Source: an uncultured archaeon (GTDB lineage Archaea > Nanobdellota > Nanobdellia > Woesearchaeales > CAIVOO01). Taken from it: a stretch of 64,000 nucleotides of DNA. Numbering within the stretch: the first letter of the stretch is position 1; each line of letters opens with the position of its first letter. The position numbers were made by a program, and so were the translations under genes. The DNA lies in contig CAIMOB010000014.1 in assembly GCA_903842985.1 (NCBI GenBank), positions 14,897 through 78,896 on the forward strand, in the 5' to 3' direction. Shown piece by piece: positions 56,375-64,000 of the stretch. The notes under the pieces were generated by a model. That model did not search any database. It had not been told where the DNA came from and worked only from the letters and a program-made list of their open reading frames with translations.

Positions 56375-57175
56375 TTAGTTCGTCCCTCTGTTCAGTATTT
56401 CATGAAGATTAACTGAATAATTTGTCCCATTCGTGGCGTCGTATCCCTTGGTCAGTATCTGCACAAGCCTTGGATCATATTTTATTCCCGAGTTCATAAT
56501 CAAGTCTTGGATAGCCTCTTCGCAATTTTTCATTTTTTTGTAAGGCCTGTTGTTTGTGGTGATTGCCTCCAGGGAATCCGCAATCCTTATCACCCTTGAC
56601 TCTTCAGGCGGGTTTTTGTAACCCGGATACCCAAATCCGTTAAAATCGGTATGGTGGTAAATAATGCCGTCGATGACGCTAATTGCAGTTCTTTCCGGCA
56701 GAATTTTCAATGAATCTGCAACCAGAATATAGCTGTCCCATGGATGCTTTTTCTTTATCTCGCATTCTTCTGGCGTGAATTTTCCATGCTTCCTGTACAT
56801 TTCAAGGTTCATGTACTTTCCGATATCGTGGAATATTGCGGCAAGCGAGAGTGCAGCCAGATCGTTCCTTCCCATGCCAGAAGCTTGTCCGAGCAGAATG
56901 CTGCATATAGCAACGTCTTCAAAATGACCGCCGCTGTAAAGTTCAGGATTCCATATCTCTTTTGCCGGTTCAAAAATATAACTTAACGCATAATCTACGA
57001 CAAACCTAACTTTTCTTTCAACATTTTCAAGCTCTTTAGCTTCCAGCGGTCTTGATTTTAGCTCGAGTTTGCTGAAAATATCTTCTAGTGTATCCCTTAA
57101 TCCGGTGCCCCTTACTGCTGTTAATGGCTTTCTGTTGTACGATTCATCCAGTCTTAAGTTAAACATTTCGTTCAC
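56375..57175 (-). CDS. HD-GYP domain phosphohydrolase
   Basis: AAIFHDIGK (HD) and IIYHHTDFNGFGYPGY (HHxxDGxGYP). Confidence 0.75.
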   Translation of the reverse strand: MNEMFNLRLDESYNRKPLTAVRGTGLRDTLEDIFSKLELKSRPLEAKELENVERKVRFVVDYALSYIFEPAKEIWNPELYSGGHFEDVAICSILLGQASGMGRNDLAALSLAAIFHDIGKYMNLEMYRKHGKFTPEECEIKKKHPWDSYILVADSLKILPERTAISVIDGIIYHHTDFNGFGYPGYKNPPEESRVIRIADSLEAITTNNRPYKKMKNCEEAIQDLIMNSGIKYDPRLVQILTKGYDATNGTNYSVNLHEILNRGTN

Positions 57176-57189
57176 CTCTTTTTTAACAG

Positions 57190-57249
57190 AGCTATCGCTA
57201 GTTCTGTATCATCATTTTGACAAAGCTATCGCTAGTTCTGTATGATCAT
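57190..57249. repeat. two copies of a 26-bp direct repeat AGCTATCGCTAGTTCTGTAT(C/G)ATCAT, spaced 34 bp
   Basis: Copy 1 is 57190-57215 and copy 2 is 57224-57249, with one mismatch. They lie between the orc1 stop and the HD-GYP start. Confidence 0.65.
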
Positions 57250-57259
57250 GACTTCCCGA

Positions 57260-58447
57260 TTAAATGCTGTCTCTCAACAGCTTCACTGCCTTTGTCTTCA
57301 ATGCCTTGTCAAGCGGAACAGATACTTTCCTGCTCTTCTTTTCCAGGCTTTTCAGCCAGCCAACTTCTGCGCTTATCAATGATGATTCACTTAGGTTCAC
57401 CAAAAATGACCTTATCCTTCTCTCTGTCAGCGGCTCGACATTGTACGACGGGCAGAGCTCCAGGTATTTCCTGTAAATCTCCACGCCGTCCATCTCAAGC
57501 CCTTCTTTTTCGTTCTTCAATATTGCATAATACAATATTTTCTGGTGCTTTGGAAGGCTTGCAATCACATTCAAGACAGAGTTCTCCTCTAGGCTCTTGT
57601 CTGCAGAGTCCACAAGATCAATTGTTATCTTGGTTCTCTTCCTTGCGATTGCCGCCTTTGCGCAGGCATCAACAAGCTCCAGGGCTCTTCGAGCGTCACC
57701 GCCCCGTTGAGCTTCGATTTCCGCTATTTTCCTGATAACTGAATCTGAAACTGTATCTTTCTTCAAAGCCAGCTTGACTCTTTCGTTTATTATGTCGAAA
57801 AGCTCGTCAGCATTGTACGGCGAGAATATTACCTTGACCCTGCCGAACGCTGACTGCGTCTTTGGCTTTATGTAATCTGAAACCCTTACATCATTTGAGA
57901 TTATGATTGTTGATGTATTTGCGCTCACCTGGTTGTTTATCCTGCTCAGCCTGTAAAGTATGTCATCGCCTGATTCTCTCAAGGCGTAATCAACTTCATC
58001 CAGGATAACAAGTACGTTCTTGTTCTCCTTCTTGTTCAGCACCTTGCTGAACTCGTCAACTGTCTTAGCCCTGTTCCACCCCATCTTTGGATATTTTCCT
58101 TCAGGGTCAACTTGACTTAATGTGCTCAGCAGAATAGATGTTTCTGTCCTGTTCTCTGAGCAATTCACGTAAGCCTTTTTCAGTTCAATGTTGCGTTTCC
58201 TTGCCTCCCCCTCTAGCTCATCCAGCAAATCCAGCAAAAGCGCTGTCTTTCCTGTTCCAGGCGGTCCGTAAACGAACACGCACGAAACAGCGGATTTCAT
58301 CAGTATAGGCGCAAGCTCCATAACCAGCTCGTTTTTCTGCTTTGTTCTGTGCAGGAAGCCTGTTGGAGGCCTCAGCGAGAACAAAACATCCCTGTCCTTG
58401 TAGATGGGATTTTCGAGCACGCTTGCGAATGTTATCTCTTTTTCCAT
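57260..58447 (-). CDS. orc1: Orc1/Cdc6 replication initiator
   Basis: Walker A VFVYGPPGTGKTAL and Walker B VLVILDEVDYAL, with a C-terminal winged-helix region. Confidence 0.85.
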   Translation of the reverse strand: MEKEITFASVLENPIYKDRDVLFSLRPPTGFLHRTKQKNELVMELAPILMKSAVSCVFVYGPPGTGKTALLLDLLDELEGEARKRNIELKKAYVNCSENRTETSILLSTLSQVDPEGKYPKMGWNRAKTVDEFSKVLNKKENKNVLVILDEVDYALRESGDDILYRLSRINNQVSANTSTIIISNDVRVSDYIKPKTQSAFGRVKVIFSPYNADELFDIINERVKLALKKDTVSDSVIRKIAEIEAQRGGDARRALELVDACAKAAIARKRTKITIDLVDSADKSLEENSVLNVIASLPKHQKILYYAILKNEKEGLEMDGVEIYRKYLELCPSYNVEPLTERRIRSFLVNLSESSLISAEVGWLKSLEKKSRKVSVPLDKALKTKAVKLLRDSI

Positions 58448-58619
58448 TGTTTTTTGTCACCGTTTATGGCCGTTTCCTTGCCTTTCCAGAGGTGGAGCAC
58501 GACCAAATATATAAATCTTCCGATTTTACCAATAGTCATTAGATTTCCGATTGTTCCGATTGTCGTTTAAGCGCCTGTGGAGGCAAAATTTTAAATATAA
58601 GCACCCACTTGATTTTGGC
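58448..58619. promoter_or_regulatory. candidate replication origin (ORB-like dyads, tandem TTCCGATTG repeats, AT-rich stretch) upstream of orc1
   Basis: TCCAGAGGTGGA dyad at 58485-58496, whose reverse complement contains CTCCAC. CCTGTGGAGG at 58574-58583, whose reverse complement CCTCCACAGG matches the ORB core CTCCACAGG as I recall it. TTCCGATT at 58518, 58545 and 58554. AAATATATAAAT and AAAATTTTAAATATAA are AT-rich stretches. Confidence 0.4.
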
Positions 58620-59192
58620 ATGGCATATGAGATTTTAAAAGACAGGGGTGCCGTGCGCATATTGAAGCTACTGTATGACAACGAGGTCATAAGCAAGAAA
58701 TCATATTCTCTAGAGCTTTCATTTATAAACGAGGCGCTTGGGCCAGTCCAGCTGAATTCAGTCAATGTGCTTATAAAATACGGGCTGATTGTCTCAGATG
58801 ACGGCGAGAACGGAAAAATACTGAGCATAACAGAAAAAGGCAAGCAGTTCATCACAATCCTTGACCAGATTATATTCCTGCTGAACAAGAAGGAAGTTAA
58901 GAAGGAGGCAAGCATCGCAGTGACTTATGATCTGACAGACACAGAGGAGAAGATTCTGCTTGTGCTTTCCAAGATGCAGAAGGAAACAGGCGACTTGGTC
59001 CAGCTGAAGAGCCTGACGCAGGAGATAGGACATTACAAAAAATCAATTTCGCTGTCGAAGCCAATTGCAAGATTGGAGCAGATTGGCCTTGTGTATAAAA
59101 TCAAGAAAGACAAGGCAGTTCTTCTCAGCGTCACAGAATCAGGGGAAAAGGTTATAAACAGGCAGATAGTGAAGGAAATTTCATGGAAATAA
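58620..59192 (+). CDS. tandem winged-helix protein, putative transcription regulator
   Basis: MAYEILKDRGAVRILKLL... looks like two wH-like halves. I trimmed the start to this Met. The longer ORF-track version would run through the candidate origin. Confidence 0.5.
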   Translation: MAYEILKDRGAVRILKLLYDNEVISKKSYSLELSFINEALGPVQLNSVNVLIKYGLIVSDDGENGKILSITEKGKQFITILDQIIFLLNKKEVKKEASIAVTYDLTDTEEKILLVLSKMQKETGDLVQLKSLTQEIGHYKKSISLSKPIARLEQIGLVYKIKKDKAVLLSVTESGEKVINRQIVKEISWK

Positions 59193-59392
59193 ACAAGAAA
59201 ATGACATTCAGGGAAATATTGATGAAGAATCCAAATGCAGCTGAAACTCTGCTTAAGCACGGGCTGCACTGCGTTGGCTGTCCAGTTGCGCAGATGGAAA
59301 CTCTTGAGATGGGCTGCAAGGCGCACGGGATGAACGCGAAAGATATTGATGCTTTGGTCAAAGAGTTGAATAAAACAAAATCTAAGAAATAA
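59183..59392 (+). CDS. DUF1858-like small redox-disulfide protein
   Basis: LHCVGCPVAQMETLEMGCKAHG is a CxGCP-type motif. 69 aa. Confidence 0.5.
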   Translation: MEINKKMTFREILMKNPNAAETLLKHGLHCVGCPVAQMETLEMGCKAHGMNAKDIDALVKELNKTKSKK

Positions 59393-59790
59393 ATACTAAA
59401 TTGCCTCTTTTTTATTCAAAATCACCTTTCTCCCATCCGTGCATGAATCCCGCTTCTTCAGGCGTTATCTCGTCTTCGTCCAAAAGGCGTTCCCTTTCCT
59501 TGTCAGAGTAGAAGTTCAGCTCATTTGTGCTTCCCCTCCTGAACATTTTTGTTATTCTCATGTTATTCCCACCAAGCAGACTATAGTATTTTCGGGCATT
59601 TAAAAGCGATGTATATACATTATATATTTATATCAAAAAAGAATTTTTTAAAGAATGGACAGCCTTGAAAAGATATGCAAAGCGAAATGCAAGGATTACA
59701 GGAAGAACTGCCATTATTCAACAATAAAAGAATGCAGCGCCTACAGGGGTTACGAATTCCAGTGCGCAGAAACAATCTACAAATTTTTAT

Positions 59791-60759
59791 CTAAATATAT
59801 TCTGCCGTTTTAGTGCAGTTTGTCCTGACTCCGTCTCCAAGAAAATGAGTTCTCGATGCTTTGTAGCCTTTCTTCCTAAGATTCTCAATCACTTCGTCTA
59901 TCTTCGGCGTCTGGCTTCTTTTCAGCTTCTTGCAGAGCGAATGTATTGAAAAGAAGCCGACTGCATCTATCTTCGCCTCTTCGTTAATCATCTCCAGGAA
60001 TTTTCTTGTGTCATATGAAGAAAAATCAAGCATCCTCTCTGTCAGCTTCGGGTCCCAGAGATTGCCAAGCCACATCGGGCCTGCCTTCTCAAACATTCCG
60101 TGCTTCTTCAGCACTTCATCAACTTTCTTCTTGCCTTTCTCATTCTTTAAGAAAACTCTCAAATAATGCTCTTTTGAAAATGAAAATATCGGAATCAGCG
60201 CTTTGTCGTACTGTGCGCCAATCAACTGAATCTTCCTTATTAGAATCCTGAGCGCAGCTTCGTGCATCATATGATTATGCAACGGCTCTGCCCAGTATTT
60301 TCTCCTACAGGAATTTGGATATGTGCCTGTAAGCGCAGCAGGGTCTGTTGAAGTCACTGCAAGAACACCCTCTCTCGAAAGCTTCTTAACAGCTGAATCA
60401 AGAAAAGGATTCGGCGTGCCGAACGGGTCAATGTCAATGTAATCAAATCCTTTGTTTTTCAGCAGGAAAAGACTTGCTTCTTCGTTTGAAACAGTTGCCT
60501 TGACTTTGTTCAGCTTCAGATTTTGCTTTATCAGCTTTACAGCTTCCTTTGAATTGTCATTGATGAAAACCTTGACGCCTTTCACTTCCTTCAGAAATCG
60601 AATGCTTCTGACACCTGTCGCAGCCATTATGTCAGCAATTGTCATTTTCCTGCCCAGCGCATTCAATAAAACAACAGAAATGTCCCTGTTCAGCTTCATG
60701 ACTGGATTGTAAAACACGTTCTTTGATGTTTTTATCTTGGCAAGCCCTTCGGTTATCAT
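59791..60759 (-). CDS. trm1: tRNA (guanine26-N2)-dimethyltransferase
   Basis: NPVMKLNRDISVVLL...IADIMAATGVRSIRF matches the Trm1 N-terminus and SAM-binding region. Confidence 0.7.
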   Translation of the reverse strand: MITEGLAKIKTSKNVFYNPVMKLNRDISVVLLNALGRKMTIADIMAATGVRSIRFLKEVKGVKVFINDNSKEAVKLIKQNLKLNKVKATVSNEEASLFLLKNKGFDYIDIDPFGTPNPFLDSAVKKLSREGVLAVTSTDPAALTGTYPNSCRRKYWAEPLHNHMMHEAALRILIRKIQLIGAQYDKALIPIFSFSKEHYLRVFLKNEKGKKKVDEVLKKHGMFEKAGPMWLGNLWDPKLTERMLDFSSYDTRKFLEMINEEAKIDAVGFFSIHSLCKKLKRSQTPKIDEVIENLRKKGYKASRTHFLGDGVRTNCTKTAEYI

Positions 60760-60808
60760 TCCAATAAGAAATTCAATAATTTGTATATAAAACTATCTGG
60801 TTAATACT

Positions 60809-61138
60809 TTAACTATTATTTTGTGTTTGTTGTTCAACGCAGTCATCTAGGAATCCTTTAGGATCTATGGCTCCTTTAGGTCCCCAAAGTGGCTGCAAAC
60901 CAAATTCTAAAAGAAGTCGCTTGTCTTGAGGAGTTAACTCCTTCTTCTCAATTTTATAATCCCATCTGTCCTGGTTCTTAACTTTAGCCTGGTACCCAAT
61001 AGTGCAATTCAAACCCCTGGCCAGAGCTAACATCTGTTCATCAGTCAACTCTCGGCTAGATTTGCAGGTGTACATTTTAATAAATTGAGAGGTATGTGAA
61101 ATATATAAATATTGTTTTGTCATCTGCCCCAAACACAA
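60809..61138 (-). CDS. hypothetical protein
   Basis: A 109-aa ORF. Confidence 0.35.
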   Translation of the reverse strand: MCLGQMTKQYLYISHTSQFIKMYTCKSSRELTDEQMLALARGLNCTIGYQAKVKNQDRWDYKIEKKELTPQDKRLLLEFGLQPLWGPKGAIDPKGFLDDCVEQQTQNNS

Positions 61139-61173
61139 AAAGCTTTAAAAAACAACTCATTTTCTGATATCCT

Positions 61174-62928
61174 ATGGAACGAATAAGAAGCCCAATATGT
61201 GCTGTGCTTGGGCATGTTGACCACGGAAAGACGAAACTTTTAGACCAGATTAGAGGAAGCGCTGTTGTTGCTGGCGAAGCAGGCGGGATAACGCAGGCAA
61301 TCGGGGCTTCAATAATCCCATTAGATACAATCAAAAAAATCTGCGGGCCTCTGCTTGAGAAGCTGAATATAAAATTCACAATCCCAGGGCTATTATTCAT
61401 AGACACGCCAGGGCATGAGGCGTTCACAAGCCTGAGGAAAAGAGGCGGAAACCTGGCAGACATTGCAATCCTTGTTGTTGACATGAATGAGGGATTCATG
61501 CCACAGACAATTGAGTCAGTTGAGATACTGAAGACTTACAAAACTCCTTTCATAATCGCTGCAAACAAGATTGACTTAATCAAGGGCTGGCGGTCTTCAG
61601 GCAATCCAGTGCTGCAGAGCATACAGGGGCAGACAGAAAGCGTGATAACAGAGGTTGAGACAAAGCTTTACAAGATTGTCGAGAAGCTTGCAGAGCTCGG
61701 CCTTAATTCAGAAAGATTTGACAGGGTTGATGATTATACAAAAACAATTGCAATTGTCCCCACTTCAGCAAAGATAGGCGAAGGTGTTCCTGAGCTTCTC
61801 ATGGTAATAACAGGATTGGCGCAGAAATATCTCGGCGAAAGGCTGAAATGCAAGTCAGAGACTGCAAAAGGCACAATCCTTGAAGTGAAGGAGGAGAAGG
61901 GCCTTGGAAAGACAATGGACACAATCATTTACGACGGCTGCCTGAAAGTGAATGACCAGATTGTTGTAGGCGGGCTTCAGGAGCCGATTGTGACAAAAGT
62001 AAGGGCGCTGTTCGAGCCGATGCCTCTTGCAGAGATGCGCGAGAAAAAGACAAGGTTCGAGTCAGTAAGGGAAGTGACAGCTGCAACAGGAGTCAAGATT
62101 TCAGCGCCGAACATTGAAGGGGTTGTAGCAGGAATGCCGCTCATTTCAGTTGGAAAGCAAAACCTTGAAAAAATAAAGGAAGAGGTGCAGAAGGAAGTCA
62201 GCGAAGTCCTTGTCGAGGTTGAGCAGGATGGAATTGTTATCAAAGCAGATACGCTTGGAAGCCTTGAGGCATTGTCAAACCTGCTAAAAGCGAAAAACAT
62301 TCCAGTCAAGAGAGCGATGATTGGCAACATAAGCAAGAAGGATGTTTCAGAGGCAGAGGCGAACCATGAGAAAAATCCGCTTGATGCGGTTGTGCTCGGG
62401 TTCAATGTAGAAATTGAGGCAGAGCAGTCTCCAAAAGTCATGATTCTTACAAACAAAATCATCTACAGGCTGATTGAGGAGTTTGAGAAATGGCAGTTGG
62501 ACGAGAGAAAGAGAATAGAGGCAGGCACAGTTGAATTGCTGACAAGGCCGTGCAAGATACAGGTGCTTTCAGGATATGTTTTCAGGCAGAGCAATCCGGC
62601 GATTGTCGGCTGCGAGATACTTGAAGGGACAGCCACAACGGGGATGCAGCTGATGAAGAACGGCGAGAAAATATCTTCAATAAAGGAGATTCAGGTTGAG
62701 AAGGAAAATGTTTCAAGCGCTGCAAAAGGCCAGAGAATTGCGCTTGCAATGCCTGGCGTGACAATCGGAAGGCAGGTCAAGGAAGGCGATATTTTGTATT
62801 CAATGATTCCAGAGGAGCATTTCAGGAAGCTGAAGGACCTGAGGGAATATCTTTCAGAAGATGAAGTCAGGGCAATAAAGGAAATCGCAGAAATAATGAG
62901 GAAAAAGAATCCTGTCTGGGGAATATGA
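61174..62928 (+). CDS. infB: translation initiation factor aIF-2 (eIF5B homolog)
   Basis: AVLGHVDHGKTKLLD (G1) and DTPGH (G3), with collinear GTPase and beta-barrel domains. 584 aa. Confidence 0.9.
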   Translation: MERIRSPICAVLGHVDHGKTKLLDQIRGSAVVAGEAGGITQAIGASIIPLDTIKKICGPLLEKLNIKFTIPGLLFIDTPGHEAFTSLRKRGGNLADIAILVVDMNEGFMPQTIESVEILKTYKTPFIIAANKIDLIKGWRSSGNPVLQSIQGQTESVITEVETKLYKIVEKLAELGLNSERFDRVDDYTKTIAIVPTSAKIGEGVPELLMVITGLAQKYLGERLKCKSETAKGTILEVKEEKGLGKTMDTIIYDGCLKVNDQIVVGGLQEPIVTKVRALFEPMPLAEMREKKTRFESVREVTAATGVKISAPNIEGVVAGMPLISVGKQNLEKIKEEVQKEVSEVLVEVEQDGIVIKADTLGSLEALSNLLKAKNIPVKRAMIGNISKKDVSEAEANHEKNPLDAVVLGFNVEIEAEQSPKVMILTNKIIYRLIEEFEKWQLDERKRIEAGTVELLTRPCKIQVLSGYVFRQSNPAIVGCEILEGTATTGMQLMKNGEKISSIKEIQVEKENVSSAAKGQRIALAMPGVTIGRQVKEGDILYSMIPEEHFRKLKDLREYLSEDEVRAIKEIAEIMRKKNPVWGI

Positions 62929-63374
62929 AGCTCAAAATTCTTAATTCAAAGGAAATAAAAGAGATAAAGGAGATTATAAAGAATCAGTGGGGCTGCGATT
63001 TCAAAACTGATTTGGCGTTTCTTCTTTCATCAAACAACAGGATTTATGTCGTGAGCAGGGACATTGCGAAATTAGATCTGTCAAAATTGAATACTGAAGT
63101 GATTGGGATGTATTTCGGCGAACTGAAGGACGAGCAGGTGAGGCTTTCGATTGAGGGAAGCCAGCTGATTGGCCCGATTGCGAAGAAGAATGTTGTTGAG
63201 ATAAATGAGAAGGAATACAGGACCTGGCTGAAAGGATATGATCTGGAAAAAGAGACAGATGCAGAAGGCTATGCAATAGTCAGATTCAAGAGTGACTTCA
63301 TCGGCGCAGCAAGGATAAAAGACGGGAAGGTCTTGAACTTTGTGCCGAAGAATCGGCGGATCCTGGCAGATTAA
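62925..63374 (+). CDS. PUA-like domain protein (possibly a Nip7-type ribosome-biogenesis factor)
   Basis: 149 aa. The C-terminal IVRFKSDFIGAARIKDGKVLNFVPKNRRI is PUA-like. It is coupled to infB by a 4-nt overlap. Confidence 0.4.
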   Translation: MKLKILNSKEIKEIKEIIKNQWGCDFKTDLAFLLSSNNRIYVVSRDIAKLDLSKLNTEVIGMYFGELKDEQVRLSIEGSQLIGPIAKKNVVEINEKEYRTWLKGYDLEKETDAEGYAIVRFKSDFIGAARIKDGKVLNFVPKNRRILAD

Positions 63375-63966
63375 GGAAGTTGAATATATCTAAAATCCTT
63401 GTTTCAATGCTCCTGTTTATTTCATAGAGTAGACCGTTGTACATGCAGTTTTTAATTGCATTTTTGATATTTGCCGGCCTTCTGTTGACATAATGGATGT
63501 GGCTGTCTGCAAGTATGTAATAGTCAAGCAGCTCCCTGCTCAGCGAATTGAACATCAGCCTGATTGGCAAGTCTTCATAATCTTTTATTACAAGCTTTTT
63601 CTTTGATATTGTCTTTACCTTTCGTTGTTCCTTTTTACTTTCGTCCTTGAATTCAACAATCTTGAGATTCCCCGCGTAACTCAGTGTTTTTTGGAACCTT
63701 CCTTCAGCAGTTTCGCAGATCTTATGCGGATCTTCAGCATGTCCTTTATTTTTGATGCAGTCTGGGCAGATTTGTTTTATGCCAAAAATGTCGCCGACAA
63801 TTGTGTACTTTTTCTTTGAAGTATGGTCTGCCAGTTTTTGGGCAAATGCTTTTTCATTCCTTTTTCCGTGCTCGCGTTTAACCTCCTCCTCAAGCGTTCT
63901 GTAATCCTCAAATATCTCCCAGGTAATCTTTTGTATAGTTCTTGGTATTGACTTTACCCTTGACAT
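63298..63966 (-). CDS. hypothetical protein (Cys pair CPDC; window end prevents a full view)
   Basis: A 222-aa ORF that overlaps the previous gene by 77 nt, so the start or frame is doubtful. Confidence 0.3.
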   Translation of the reverse strand: MSRVKSIPRTIQKITWEIFEDYRTLEEEVKREHGKRNEKAFAQKLADHTSKKKYTIVGDIFGIKQICPDCIKNKGHAEDPHKICETAEGRFQKTLSYAGNLKIVEFKDESKKEQRKVKTISKKKLVIKDYEDLPIRLMFNSLSRELLDYYILADSHIHYVNRRPANIKNAIKNCMYNGLLYEINRSIETRILDIFNFLNLPGSADSSAQSSRPSRLLSLLRR

Positions 63967-64000
63967 TACAAAATACCTATTTTTTTCGCCAGTGAGGCTC

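Noticed and set aside
58551-58619. N-terminal extension of the winged-helix ORF (start at 58551)
   Set aside because: It would translate through the repeat-rich candidate origin. An in-frame ATG at 58620 with a typical MAYEIL... start is more plausible.
1-64000. CRISPR array, rRNA genes, integrase or transposase
   Set aside because: I looked for regularly spaced direct repeats, rRNA-like conserved stretches and recombinase or transposase motifs. None were found. The only tandem and direct repeats are the short regulatory ones reported above.

Overview
The window looks like an archaeal chromosome segment, probably from a small-genome DPANN-like archaeon. The evidence is archaeal-type uS15, aIF-2/eIF5B, aEF-1beta, TFS, Orc1/Cdc6, archaeal signal peptidase, and tRNA-Gln with an A1-U72 pair. 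GGAGG-type ribosome-binding sites precede many genes, and TATA-like boxes sit about 25 bp upstream of several start codons.

Ordinary content includes a run of tRNA and RNA modification genes (Trm11-like, TrmJ-like, Taw1-like, Trm1, RtcA), sugar and nucleotide enzymes, a MoxR-VWA pair and an MFS transporter.

The stretches most worth a second look are:
1. 1.5-9.4 kb: a bacterial-type DnaG primase with a CHC2 zinc finger, apparently split from its C-terminal domain. Next to it sit a 682-aa two-nuclease-domain protein, a nucleoside deoxyribosyltransferase-like gene and an HTH gene, all abutting the 3' end of tRNA-Gln. This may be an integrated element or a novel replication module.
2. 11.7-12.9 kb: a roughly 1.1-kb low-GC insert with two ORFs, flanked by a perfect 15-bp direct repeat that overlaps the stop codon of a PfkB kinase.
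3. 22-34 kb: a surface-protein island with a 1566-aa S8 protease-adhesin that has a C-terminal transmembrane segment plus cytoplasmic tail, a 1346-aa beta-helix lipoprotein and a PAS histidine kinase/response regulator pair. A pair of dyad operators lies between the genes.
4. 41-48 kb: a dNTP-synthesis island (class III RNR nrdD-grx-nrdG-fdx, thymidylate kinase, archaeal-type ThyA, and a kinase-dCMP deaminase fusion). It is headed by a bacterial-type NrdR repressor, with two NrdR-box-like 16-bp elements 32 bp apart immediately upstream of nrdR.
5. 57-58.6 kb: orc1/cdc6 with an upstream non-coding region carrying ORB-like CTCCAC dyads, tandem TTCCGATTG repeats and an AT-rich stretch, a candidate oriC. 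A 26-bp direct repeat lies on the other side of the gene.

I found no CRISPR array, no rRNA, no integrase and no recognisable transposase.
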